Assembly: GCA_963664705.1 (NCBI GenBank)
Contig: OY761556.1
Coordinates: forward strand, 4,864,001 to 4,928,000
Source: Acidobacteriota bacterium
GTDB taxonomy: Bacteria; Acidobacteriota; UBA6911
Reading direction: 5' to 3'
DNA length: 64,000 nucleotides
The position numbers were made by a program, and so were the translations under genes. Positions 40,710 through 50,712 of this stretch are shown piece by piece. The notes beneath the pieces were generated by a model. It was not told the origin of the DNA, made no database searches, and worked only from the letters and a program-made list of their open reading frames with translations. How positions within the stretch are numbered: position 1 is the stretch's first letter; every line of letters begins with the position of its first letter.

Positions 40710-42554
40710 CTAATCCGGTATAAAATTATCGATATATTGCCGCGCAGCCCCGTCCTCGGATTTCGGCTGCTCGCTCTTAAGCAAAAGACAATTCTCAATC
40801 ACCAGTACATCCATTTCGGTCGCGATAAAGCAGCGATATGCATCCGCCGGGCTGCATACGATCGGCTCACCACGAACATTAAAGCTGGTGTTGATCAGGA
40901 CGCTGCAACCTGTTCGCCTTTTAAATTCGATCATAAGCCGCCAAAACCTGCCATGCCGCCGTTCATCCACCGTCTGCACGCGGGCGGACATATCCACGTG
41001 AGTGACGGCCGGAATGTCGGACCGCCTGATATTCAGTCGCGATTGCAGATCAGGCTCGCCGCGGCAAACATTCTGATTGTCTACTGCCGGGCACCGCCGC
41101 TCCTTGCGAACATCTGCCGTCAGCAGCATGTAGGGTGATTCATGGTTTAGTTCGAAATAACTTTCGACATCCTCGATGAGCACGCAGGGAGCAAACGGCC
41201 TGAAGGATTCCCGGTGTTTGATTCTCAGGTTCAGCGTCGACTGCATTGCGTCGTTGCGTGCGTCGGCGATGATGCTGCGTGACCCCAGCGCACGGGGACC
41301 GAATTCCATCCGGTTCTGAAACCAGCCCACGATCCTCTGTCCGGCGATCGCATCAACGGTGGCGCGCAACAAATCCGCTTCCGAATCGAAGGCGCGATAG
41401 GGGATCCTCTGCCCCTCCAGAAAAGTGCGGATCGCATGGTTGTCAAAGCTCGGCCCCAGGAGCGACCCTTTTTGAGAATCCGTATCGCCTGGCTTTCGTT
41501 CATTTTCCAGAAGCTGATGATGAACAAACAGCGCGGCTCCAAGGGCTCCGCCGGCATCGCCGGAGGCAGGCTGGATCCATATATCGTCAAAGAGCCCTGA
41601 TCGCAGCAATTTGCCGTTTGCGACACAGTTCAACGCGACTCCGCCGCCCAGGCACAGCGCGCGGGCGCCGGTCAGATTACGGGCGGTCCTCCCCATGCGA
41701 AGCACGATTTCCTCTGTGACTGCCTGGACAGAAGCAGCCATGTCCATTTCACGCTGCGTCAGGGGTGCTTCGGGATTGCGCGGCGAACCTTCGAAGAGCT
41801 GATCAAAACGACGGTTTGTCATTGTCCAGCCCTGGCAGTAATTGAAGAAGCTCATATCCATCCTGAATGAGCCGTCTTCTTTCAGGTCAATCAGTTTGTC
41901 ATAGATCAGCCCGGTATACTTTGGCTCGCCATACGGTGCCAGCCCCATCAGCTTGTACTCGCCTGAGTTCACTTTGAACCCGCAGAAGTAGGTGAACGCG
42001 CTATAGAGAAGCCCCAGCGAGTGGGGAAACCTCAGCGCTTTGAGCAACTCGATGCGGTTCCCCTGCCCGCGACCGATGGTAGCCGTATGCCACTCTCCCA
42101 CTCCGTCCATGGTGAGGATCGCGGCCTCGTCGTAAGGCGAAGGAAAAAAGGCGCTCGCGGCATGGGCTTCGTGATGGCTGGTGAAAACGATTCTTCTCCG
42201 ATAGCCTCCGCCCAGCGCCTTTCGAATGACTCCAGGCAGGTGAAGCTTGGATTTCAGCCAGAGCGGCATTGCCTGCAGAAACTGGCCCAAACCTGCCGGA
42301 GCATAAGCGAGATATGTTTCCAGGAGGCGGTCGAACTTGACAAGCGGCTTTTCGTAGAATACGACGTAGTCCAAATCTCCGGGTCCGATCCCCGCCTTAT
42401 CGAGACAGAATTGAACTGCGGCAGCGGGAAAACGATCATCATGCTTGCGACGGGAAAATCGCTCTTCCTGTGCCGCGGCAATCATCTCCCCATCAATCAG
42501 CAGCGCAGCCGCGCTGTCATGATAAAAGGCCGATATCCCAAGAATGGCTGTCAT
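40710..42554 (-). CDS. O-carbamoyltransferase (NodU/CmcH/SxtI family)
   Basis: ILGISAFYHDSAAAL, EERFSRRKHD, GEYKLMGLAPYG, GGVALNC, EFGPRALG, NTSFNVRGEP. Confidence 0.95.
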   Translation of the reverse strand: MTAILGISAFYHDSAAALLIDGEMIAAAQEERFSRRKHDDRFPAAAVQFCLDKAGIGPGDLDYVVFYEKPLVKFDRLLETYLAYAPAGLGQFLQAMPLWLKSKLHLPGVIRKALGGGYRRRIVFTSHHEAHAASAFFPSPYDEAAILTMDGVGEWHTATIGRGQGNRIELLKALRFPHSLGLLYSAFTYFCGFKVNSGEYKLMGLAPYGEPKYTGLIYDKLIDLKEDGSFRMDMSFFNYCQGWTMTNRRFDQLFEGSPRNPEAPLTQREMDMAASVQAVTEEIVLRMGRTARNLTGARALCLGGGVALNCVANGKLLRSGLFDDIWIQPASGDAGGALGAALFVHHQLLENERKPGDTDSQKGSLLGPSFDNHAIRTFLEGQRIPYRAFDSEADLLRATVDAIAGQRIVGWFQNRMEFGPRALGSRSIIADARNDAMQSTLNLRIKHRESFRPFAPCVLIEDVESYFELNHESPYMLLTADVRKERRCPAVDNQNVCRGEPDLQSRLNIRRSDIPAVTHVDMSARVQTVDERRHGRFWRLMIEFKRRTGCSVLINTSFNVRGEPIVCSPADAYRCFIATEMDVLVIENCLLLKSEQPKSEDGAARQYIDNFIPD

Positions 42555-42891
42555 GCATACTCTGATATGGAGCGACAAAGATATTAACGCGCGCGAGCTT
42601 ATCACACCGCTCAAAAGCAGTCAAAACCGGGCAGATCTGAAGCAGCCACAAAAAGCCGAACCGCACGACCCGGCTCGTGCCCTGAATGTCGAGTGGAGCT
42701 GCCGGGGCAACTTGAGGCGCTCTCCTTCCATCCCAAAGGGCGCGCGGATTACCATAGGACCCTCATTTACCGCTCACTTTCTGTTCTGTGATTCCCGCAG
42801 CTAAGATGACCTGCTTTGCATTTATACTACGTTGTGGTATGGTTCTTCCGAAAAGTCAGCTTTTACCCTAAATTGAAAAACAGAGCTATAA

Positions 42892-45045
42892 ATGCGAATG
42901 CATCTCTGCATTTGGAGCCTATTGGTTCTTGTTGCCCATACACAGGAATCTATTTGCGCCGAGCAAAGCCCTAAAGATCCCATCCCCATGCTGATCGTGA
43001 TGCTGCAGAATGACGATCGGGCGGTCCGGGCGGAAGCGGCCGATGCATTGCTAAAACTGGGGCATACAGCCATCGACCCGCTAATCAGGGAATTGTCGGG
43101 CAGGAATGCCAAGGTCCGCAGAGAGGTTGTCTCCATTATTGGGCAAACCAGAGACCCCCGCGTACTCAGTCCGCTTATTGCCGCGCTGAAGGATGACGAT
43201 CCCGTCGTCAGCTTTAATGCCGCGGCTGCCTTGAAGCGTATCCGGGATCCGAGGGCAGTGGATCCGCTGATTTCAGTTCTCAAGGCAAACGATTCTATCG
43301 TCAGTTATGGAGCCGTAGATGCCCTGGGGGAGTTCAAGGATCTTCGGGCGGTTGAAGCACTCATTGCAGTATTAAAAGAGACAAATCCCCTGCTTCGCAA
43401 ATTGACGATCACGGCATTGGCAAGGCAGGGGCAGGCTGCTGTTGACGCCCTTCTTGTCGCCCTGGCAGGCCCGGAAGACAGAGTCCGCATGGATGTAGCC
43501 GACGCACTGGGCAAAATCAAGGATCCGCGGGCAATAGATCCTCTCAATGCTTTGCTCGATAGTCCGAACCATGAGGTCCGCAGCAGAGCCGCCGGCGCGA
43601 TAGCGCGCATCCGCGAATCCAATGGTGCCGCCTTGGATTCCGCAGCGAATCAAAATGCAGACCGGCCTCTTCTGGGCACCAGAATATTGATTGTCAGAGA
43701 TTCAGGCCAGGAAAAGACACCGGGAGGCGAATCCCTGTTCAGAAACGCTCCGCAACTGAAACAGATTTTGACCGATTGGGAAGATTCATCACCGGAACCG
43801 GTGCAGAAGCAGATCCAAAGGCTCAGGGGAAGTGACGCGAGTTCGAAAGCCGACGCCGCTATACAGTTGCGAAAAGCGGGATCCTCCGCACAGGGAGCGA
43901 TCCTGGCCCTTCTGGATACACTGCGTGACCCCAGGATTGACAAACAGGTTTACATGAATGGCGGAATAGCGCGTCTCACAATCAACGTCTCTCCAGCGGC
44001 AGAGGCGGCAGATACGCTTGTCCGAGTGGGAGAGCCCGCAGTGGCTTCTCTCATTGCCGTCTTGAAAGATGGTGATGCCGGTTCGCAAAGGGCTGTTGTG
44101 CATGCACTGGCGAATGTTAAGGACCCGAACATCGCAGAGGCGCTCATCCCGATGCTGGAGGATGATAGCGCACAAACCCGCGAAGACGCCATTCATGCGT
44201 TAGGCACCGTCACTGATCCGCATGTGATTGACCTTCTCCTGGCTGCGCTGAGAAACGGCGGAGCGCGTCATCAGGAAGGTGCCATCCGGATTTTGGGTCA
44301 GATCAAAAACCGCCGGGCGGTGGAACCGCTGATCTCAATATTGAAAGAGGGTAATCCCAATGCGCGCAAGGCAGCCATTGAGGCTTTGGGACAGATCCGA
44401 GACAAACGTGCGCTCGGGCCACTGATCGCGGTTCGGAAAGACCCCGACCCCAATATTCGCGAAGCAGTCATCCTGGTCCTGGAGCAAATGAACGGGCCCG
44501 AAATTCTGGATCCTCTTGTTGCAGCATTGAGCGACGATGAGGTCAGGATCCGGGACCAGGCAAGCCGCGTGTTGAAAGCCTTCAAGGATCAACGCACGGT
44601 GGACGCACTTGCGGCAATGGCGAGGGATTCCCAAGTCAGGACTCGCAAAAGTGCAGTTCAGGTATTAGCACAAATCAAAGACGCGCACGCCATGGTCCCG
44701 CTGATCGCAGCTTCGAAGGATCAGGATCCCGGCATCCGGCAATTGGCAATAGAGTCGCTGGGCCAAATCGCCGAATCGCCCGCGTCCGAGGCCGTCATAT
44801 CCGCCTTGGCCGACACGGATCCGGATGTCCGGATCGCTGCGATTAGGACTCTGGGAAATGTGCGAACCCCCCATGTTATCGCCTCCCTCATTGCAGTTCT
44901 GGCGGACACGCGCGAAAGCGTTCGCATTGAGGCGACATGGGCACTGAAAAAACTAACCGGTGAGGATTTTGGATCTGATCGCAAGCGATGGGAACAGTGG
45001 CATCGGTCTCAAACGCCGCAAGCCACGCCTGCGCCTAAGCAGTGA
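42892..45045 (+). CDS. Secreted HEAT-repeat (PBS lyase-type) protein
   Basis: N-terminal hydrophobic signal; more than 15 repeats of the type DPRAVDPLIxxLKD..VR..AA.ALG; ends W..W. Confidence 0.85.
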   Translation: MRMHLCIWSLLVLVAHTQESICAEQSPKDPIPMLIVMLQNDDRAVRAEAADALLKLGHTAIDPLIRELSGRNAKVRREVVSIIGQTRDPRVLSPLIAALKDDDPVVSFNAAAALKRIRDPRAVDPLISVLKANDSIVSYGAVDALGEFKDLRAVEALIAVLKETNPLLRKLTITALARQGQAAVDALLVALAGPEDRVRMDVADALGKIKDPRAIDPLNALLDSPNHEVRSRAAGAIARIRESNGAALDSAANQNADRPLLGTRILIVRDSGQEKTPGGESLFRNAPQLKQILTDWEDSSPEPVQKQIQRLRGSDASSKADAAIQLRKAGSSAQGAILALLDTLRDPRIDKQVYMNGGIARLTINVSPAAEAADTLVRVGEPAVASLIAVLKDGDAGSQRAVVHALANVKDPNIAEALIPMLEDDSAQTREDAIHALGTVTDPHVIDLLLAALRNGGARHQEGAIRILGQIKNRRAVEPLISILKEGNPNARKAAIEALGQIRDKRALGPLIAVRKDPDPNIREAVILVLEQMNGPEILDPLVAALSDDEVRIRDQASRVLKAFKDQRTVDALAAMARDSQVRTRKSAVQVLAQIKDAHAMVPLIAASKDQDPGIRQLAIESLGQIAESPASEAVISALADTDPDVRIAAIRTLGNVRTPHVIASLIAVLADTRESVRIEATWALKKLTGEDFGSDRKRWEQWHRSQTPQATPAPKQ

Positions 45046-45115
45046 TCGGGAATGGGTCCCGGGTTCATCGTAATTTCGGAGGTCTGATACCAGATTCGTC
45101 GAGGGAGCCATCATT

Positions 45116-46147
45116 TTGAGAAACAGTTCTCATAGCAAGCGCGTTTTTATGCTGTTATTTATTGCCGGAATAGTCGCATTAGCCATCCGGCATCTGCTAT
45201 TGCCCGCTTCCTTCGGAACTATCGGTCATTACCGAACCCCCAGCCTGAAGGATATGCTGAACTTGGAATCCACGTATCAAAGCGAAAATGCCTGCATCCC
45301 TTGTCATGAAGATAAGTATGAGACCCACAAAAAGGATGTCCACTATGGTGTCCAGTGTGAAAATTGTCATGGGCCGGCCAAAATTCATATTTCGGAAATA
45401 GTGCGCTATCTTGACCAGCGCAACCAAAAACTTACGGAATCAGGAAAGTATGCGAAAACGGTTTTGCAGACCGTTCCAAAAACACTGGCTCAGATGCCCA
45501 AAGAATACACGCTGGAGGGGTGTCTTTACTGCCATCGCAAACTCGATTCCCGTCCCCACGATTTTGCCCAGATAGATCCCAAGGAACACTTCAAGGCTCT
45601 TCACGTAACCGATACGTCAATACGCTGTGTCGAATGCCATAACCCTCACGAACCACTGTATCTGCTGAACCCTGTGAGTGAGGCAAGGATCCACCCAGCC
45701 ATATTCGAGTGCGAATACTGTCACAAAATACGTCCGCAGAAGAGTCACAAATCGGTAGAGAACCATCCCGTGATATTTGAATGCGAAGATTGCCATTCAG
45801 CCATAGTCCAGGATTTTAAAAAGCGGGAGCATGCGTCCATGCGATGTACGCAGTGCCATCTGTACCATCCGGAGAATGAAACATCCGGAAGAATTTATAA
45901 AAATGGAAACAGGCAGTTTTGTCTCTTATGTCATGAAAAGAAGCCCTTTAAAAACCAGCATGATCTCCCGCAAATAGATGCCTCAAAGCACCTGGAGAAA
46001 ATGCCCGGGATTATGAAAAAGGACGCGCTGACTATTATTAATTCCAGAACCGCCTGCCTGGAATGCCACTACAATTTTATTCATGACAGTAACCTCATCA
46101 AAACCCTGCGGGAGCAAAAGCAATGGGCAAAACACGTCATTCTATGA
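45116..46147 (+). CDS. Membrane-anchored nonaheme cytochrome c
   Basis: 9 CxxCH motifs; N-terminal TM helix, then PASFG..GHYR. Confidence 0.88.
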   Translation: MRNSSHSKRVFMLLFIAGIVALAIRHLLLPASFGTIGHYRTPSLKDMLNLESTYQSENACIPCHEDKYETHKKDVHYGVQCENCHGPAKIHISEIVRYLDQRNQKLTESGKYAKTVLQTVPKTLAQMPKEYTLEGCLYCHRKLDSRPHDFAQIDPKEHFKALHVTDTSIRCVECHNPHEPLYLLNPVSEARIHPAIFECEYCHKIRPQKSHKSVENHPVIFECEDCHSAIVQDFKKREHASMRCTQCHLYHPENETSGRIYKNGNRQFCLLCHEKKPFKNQHDLPQIDASKHLEKMPGIMKKDALTIINSRTACLECHYNFIHDSNLIKTLREQKQWAKHVIL

Positions 46148-46893
46148 CCCGTGGAGAATTCGTCCGTTTGGCGCTGTATAGCGCAACGGGAGTTTGCGTC
46201 GGTTCCATGTATGCCTGGGGAACCCTGAAAGATGAACCGATAGAGAAACTCGCTCGTGATTTAAGCAGGTTCGACTGGGCCTTTATTGTTGATACAACCC
46301 GATGTATAGGATGCGGTTCCTGTGTCAGAGCCTGCGGAATAGAAAATAAAGTCCCTGACGGATATTTTCGAACCTGGATAGAACGCTACGAAATAGATAA
46401 GGATGAAAACATCCTTGTCGATTCGCCGGAGGGCGGGAAACAGAGTTTTGCGCAAAACCGGCTGCAGGCTAAAGATATCGTAAAAGGGTTCTTTGTCCCG
46501 AAATTGTGCAATCATTGCCGCAATTCATCGTGCACTCAAGTATGTCCTGTCGGTGCAACCTATCATTCGCCTGACGGAGTTGTTTTGGTGGACAGGAAGC
46601 ACTGCATGGGATGTGGATATTGTGTTCAGGCCTGCCCGTATGGATGTCGCTATATTTCGTATGATATAGGCACGGTTGATAAATGCAGCTTCTGCTATCA
46701 TCGCATCCATCGCGGCCTGCCGACCGCCTGTGTTCAGGCTTGCCCGAGAAGAGCCAGGATCTTTGGAAATCTCAAGGATCCTCACAATCCAGTTTCAGCC
46801 GTGCTGCATTCCCGGCGATATTCCATACTCAAGCCTGAAATGGCCACAAATCCCAAATGCTATTACATTGGCCTTGATCTGGAGGTGATTTAA
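46123..46893 (+). CDS. NrfC/DsrO-like 4x[4Fe-4S] ferredoxin subunit
   Basis: CIGCGSCVRAC, CNHCRNSSCTQVCP, CMGCGYCVQACP, CSFC..ACVQACP; Tat-like TRGEF. Confidence 0.9.
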   Translation: MGKTRHSMTRGEFVRLALYSATGVCVGSMYAWGTLKDEPIEKLARDLSRFDWAFIVDTTRCIGCGSCVRACGIENKVPDGYFRTWIERYEIDKDENILVDSPEGGKQSFAQNRLQAKDIVKGFFVPKLCNHCRNSSCTQVCPVGATYHSPDGVVLVDRKHCMGCGYCVQACPYGCRYISYDIGTVDKCSFCYHRIHRGLPTACVQACPRRARIFGNLKDPHNPVSAVLHSRRYSILKPEMATNPKCYYIGLDLEVI

Positions 46894-48047
46894 TGGGCGA
46901 TTTTGTCTTCCCCAATGAGTTGCATGTTACCTGGACGGTGATGATCGTAATGTATCCTTACATTACCGGTCTTGTGGCCGGCGCCTTTATTGTTTCCTCT
47001 CTGTTTCATGTGTTTGGCTTGAAACAGCTGGAGCCTATTGCCCGTTTCTCACTCGTCTCTTCGTTTGCTTTTCTGCTTTTTGCAACCTTACCCTTGCTCA
47101 ACCATTTGGGAAGACCAGAGCGTGCCATGAATATCCTGATTACTCCTCATTTTACTTCGGCAATGAGCGGGTTTGGGTTTGTCTATTTGACATACACCAT
47201 TATTGTCATTCTGGAAATCTGGTTCCATTACAGGGCCGATTTTGTTGATCGATATCATTCTCCGGACGTTAAATGGAAGGTGATCTATTCAGTATTGCTT
47301 CTCGGCTGCACAACACGCAATGAAGAAACGGATCACATCGATCACAAAACCGTGAAAATACTTGCAGGTATCGGGATCCCGGTTGCCTGTATCCTTCATG
47401 GTTATGTAGGCTTCCTGTTTGGTTCGATCAAAGCCAATCCATGGTGGTCTACACCACTTATGTTCATAATCTTCATTTTTTCCGCCGTTGTATCCGGCAT
47501 TTCCGTACTCATCTTTCTTTACCTCTTTGCGAACTTTCTCAAAAGGCAGAAAATCGATCAGAATGCCCTCAATACCATGGTTCGCTTTCTCTGGGGCTTC
47601 ATGATTATCGCTGTCGTGCTGGAGCTTATGGACCTCCTGTCATTGGCCTATGAGCAGACGCAAAAATGGGCAGTGCTGAAATATCTCATAACCGGACCCC
47701 TGTGGTATACCTATGTGATCGGACAGATAATCATTTGTTCGCTGGGATCATTCCTCCTTCTGACCTGTATAGTCCTGTTTAAGTTGCCACAGAAAATCTC
47801 GAATATACTTGCCTTTATAACTTCAGGCCTTCTTTTGCTGCAGGTGATTATGATGCGATGGAATGTTGTGATAGGCGGACAGCTTGTCTCAAAAAGCTAT
47901 CGTGGATTCACCAGTTTTATGCCGGGATTTCTGGAAAAGGAGGGCATCCTGGTCGCCGCGATCATTTTTATAGTGCCGTTTCTCATGCTGCGTCAATTTG
48001 ACAGGATTTTCCCTTTCTTTCCAGTCTCAAAGAAAAACATATCCTGA
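46893..48047 (+). CDS. nrfD: NrfD/PsrC-family quinol oxidoreductase membrane subunit
   Basis: YPYITGLVAG, HLGRPER, SAMSGFG, HGYVGF, RWNVVIGGQ; multiple TM helices. Confidence 0.88.
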   Translation: MGDFVFPNELHVTWTVMIVMYPYITGLVAGAFIVSSLFHVFGLKQLEPIARFSLVSSFAFLLFATLPLLNHLGRPERAMNILITPHFTSAMSGFGFVYLTYTIIVILEIWFHYRADFVDRYHSPDVKWKVIYSVLLLGCTTRNEETDHIDHKTVKILAGIGIPVACILHGYVGFLFGSIKANPWWSTPLMFIIFIFSAVVSGISVLIFLYLFANFLKRQKIDQNALNTMVRFLWGFMIIAVVLELMDLLSLAYEQTQKWAVLKYLITGPLWYTYVIGQIIICSLGSFLLLTCIVLFKLPQKISNILAFITSGLLLLQVIMMRWNVVIGGQLVSKSYRGFTSFMPGFLEKEGILVAAIIFIVPFLMLRQFDRIFPFFPVSKKNIS

Positions 48048-48065
48048 TTTCGAAGATACCGGCCT

Positions 48066-49082
48066 ATGCGTAACAATACTCGCATTCTACTACTCCTTTT
48101 GGCTGTATTGCCGTCCCTTTCATTTCTTTGGGCAGGTAAGAAACCCACGGAGCCAACAGAATCCTGTGCGACCAGGGAATGTCATAATTCCTATCGTCAG
48201 AAACAATTCGTTCACAAACCCGTGGCGCAAGGCTCATGCAAGTATTGCCACAAGCTCGTGAATCCTAAAACACACACCTTTAAGTTGTTTCGCACCAGGA
48301 CTGAACTCTGCGGTAATTGTCACAAGGAGATACTCCAGGGAAAAAACCTTCACAAACCGCTGGAACAGGGGCAATGCACGGAATGCCACAACCCGCATAG
48401 CAGCGATAACAAAGCCCTTGTCCGATTTGCAAACATTGAGGAGGCATGCCGCAAGTGTCATAAAAAGAAGGAAGACGTGAAAAATCCTCACGAACCGGCG
48501 GCCAAAGGCAAATGCACCGCCTGTCACAGCAGTCACAGCTCACCCTATAGACCATTGCTCATCAATAGCCAGCGGCAGCTGTGCTTCTCCTGTCATGAAA
48601 AGACAAAATGGGAATTGGATGAGTATAAGTATGTTCATAAACCGGCCACAGATCGGGGATGCAGGGTTTGTCATGAACCACATGGAAGCGATTACTACCG
48701 GTTGCTGGTCAAGGAGTATACCCCGGAATTCTATGCTCCATTTGATATTGCGAATTATGCACTTTGTTTCACGTGCCATCAGGCCAATCTGGTGTTAAAC
48801 AAGGAAACGGACAATGCGACCGATTTCAGAAATGGGAAAGTGAACCTTCACTACCTGCATGTTAACACGCAGGAAAGGGGACGGACCTGCCGGACGTGTC
48901 ATGCCACCCACGCAAGCAATGAGCCCCGGCACTTGCGCAAGGTGGTCCCCTATGGGGACTGGGAGATTCCAATTCAGTTCAACAAAACAGAAACCGGCGG
49001 CGGATGCTCTCCTGGTTGTCACAATCCGCGGACCTATGACAGGGTCGAAGCAGTTGTTTACAAATCCGATGGAGCGCATTAG
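48066..49082 (+). CDS. Periplasmic multiheme cytochrome c (paired-CxxCH type; 9 CxxCH + 2 variant motifs)
   Basis: Signal peptide; 9 CxxCH plus CATRECH and CSPGCH; H.P...G.C..CH.PH.S repeats. Confidence 0.9.
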   Translation: MRNNTRILLLLLAVLPSLSFLWAGKKPTEPTESCATRECHNSYRQKQFVHKPVAQGSCKYCHKLVNPKTHTFKLFRTRTELCGNCHKEILQGKNLHKPLEQGQCTECHNPHSSDNKALVRFANIEEACRKCHKKKEDVKNPHEPAAKGKCTACHSSHSSPYRPLLINSQRQLCFSCHEKTKWELDEYKYVHKPATDRGCRVCHEPHGSDYYRLLVKEYTPEFYAPFDIANYALCFTCHQANLVLNKETDNATDFRNGKVNLHYLHVNTQERGRTCRTCHATHASNEPRHLRKVVPYGDWEIPIQFNKTETGGGCSPGCHNPRTYDRVEAVVYKSDGAH

Positions 49083-49139
49083 GCCAATATCTGTTTTTGA
49101 GAACCCGGGCCAGCAAAAGGAAACAGACGAGGGATAGAG

Positions 49140-50405
49140 ATGTATCTCAGGTTGGACAGCCGTTCCAGGAATTCCGGGCAAATCCGAGACAGGATTGTGC
49201 GGACACTCTTCACAGGGTTTATGGGGCTTGCGCTTCTGGTGAGCTGCAGGACGCTTTCCGCACAGGAACCGAATCCGGGACCGGGGCCAATCTATGGTCC
49301 GCATTCGCCACTGGGTTCAAGGGAATGCACGGACTGCCACAAGCGGGCAGTTTCAACCACCCTGCGCTGCCTGGCAGCCAAAACGGATCTGTGTGAATTT
49401 TGTCACCAGGTTCCTCCGGAAGGAGGTCTTGCCCAACAGGTTCGTTCATCGGAGCCACTTTGCTTCAAGTGCCACAAAAGAGATCAATTCAAAGCCAACT
49501 ATGCTCATGGTCCTTTCATTGCTGGAGCTTGCGTTACCTGTCACGATCCGCATGGTGGAGAGGTTCCGGGAATGCTGCGCATTGCGGGTTCACAATTGTG
49601 CCTGGATTGCCATAAGGATTTCAGCGCGCGTTTTTCAAATGCGAGTTTCCGGCATAAGGCCGCTGTCAATAATTGCCTGGATTGTCATTCCCCACACATG
49701 TCCGACCAACGACACCTGCTGAAGTCAGCGCCCCCCGGGCTTTGTGGTAAATGTCACCAGGGAATCATCGGAGATCTTCAAACTGCCGCAGTCATACATT
49801 CACCAGCCAGGGAAACGCCTTCCTGTATGAACTGCCACGATCCGCACATGGCAAAGGAAAAAAGTCTGCTCCTAGCGGACAGGTTAGACAGTTGTCTGAA
49901 GTGCCATGACAAACCGGTTAAAGGCGCTAAAGAAGAATTCGCGGATATGAAGAAACTGCTGGAAGCAAATCCGTATCCGCACGGACCGATCCAAAGCAGA
50001 GACTGTTCGACATGCCACAACCCGCACAGTTCGTCCTATTCCCGACTATTGACGAACCAATACGCTCCGGGCTTTTATGCTCCTTTTTTCATTTCAAATT
50101 ACAGCCTCTGTTTCCGCTGCCACGATGCCGTGCTGGCTACCGAAGAGCATACAACCAGTACCACGGAGTTCCGCGACGGCGATCGCAATCTTCATTATGT
50201 TCACGTCAGCAAGGCATCTCACGGAAGGACCTGCCGTTCGTGTCATGAGGTTCATGCAAGCTCGGGCCAGAAGCACATCGCGAAAACCGTCCCCTTTGGA
50301 AATTGGGAACTCCCGGTTCAATACGAAAAAACTGAAGATGGAGGCACCTGTACGCCGGGCTGCCATACTGTGCAGAAATACAGCCGCCAGCAGGGCAAGC
50401 AGTAA
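49140..50405 (+). CDS. Periplasmic multiheme cytochrome c (12 CxxCH + 1 variant), paralog of the upstream gene
   Basis: 12 CxxCH plus CTPGCH; shares C-terminal FYAPF..NY.LCF.CH..FR.G..NLHY.HV..GRTCR.CH. Confidence 0.9.
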   Translation: MYLRLDSRSRNSGQIRDRIVRTLFTGFMGLALLVSCRTLSAQEPNPGPGPIYGPHSPLGSRECTDCHKRAVSTTLRCLAAKTDLCEFCHQVPPEGGLAQQVRSSEPLCFKCHKRDQFKANYAHGPFIAGACVTCHDPHGGEVPGMLRIAGSQLCLDCHKDFSARFSNASFRHKAAVNNCLDCHSPHMSDQRHLLKSAPPGLCGKCHQGIIGDLQTAAVIHSPARETPSCMNCHDPHMAKEKSLLLADRLDSCLKCHDKPVKGAKEEFADMKKLLEANPYPHGPIQSRDCSTCHNPHSSSYSRLLTNQYAPGFYAPFFISNYSLCFRCHDAVLATEEHTTSTTEFRDGDRNLHYVHVSKASHGRTCRSCHEVHASSGQKHIAKTVPFGNWELPVQYEKTEDGGTCTPGCHTVQKYSRQQGKQ

Positions 50406-50670
50406 ATCACCGGTTGACCACTTACATTCTGTGACCTGGGTGTAAAGAAAACAAAACAACCTGTTTTTCATTCCCTGCTGAATAATCCCGATGCGTACGC
50501 GGCTGGATTTCAGCAGCGTATCCATCCACTAAATATTACATTATAAATAACTTAATCTGGAAAATCCGATTTCCTGACAGTCATTACGGCCGAGGCAATC
50601 CCTTCCAGAGCTGCAGGATTGCATTTTTATATGAATATGATTCCCTATTTCATGATATAGTTTCCGTCCA

Positions 50671-50687
50671 ATGAAAATTGATTTCAT
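50671..50687. promoter_or_regulatory. Fur-family-like palindromic operator
   Basis: atgaaa-attga-tttcat in an AT-rich region ~25 nt upstream of a GGAGG/GTG start; a second related palindrome at 50631-50653. Confidence 0.4.
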
Positions 50688-50712
50688 ATTTAGGCTATAC
50701 GGAGGCTATTTC

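Noticed and set aside
40054-42554. Saxitoxin biosynthesis (sxtIJK)
   Set aside because: No sxtA/G/B or other core genes; this trio is widespread in non-toxin glycan loci.
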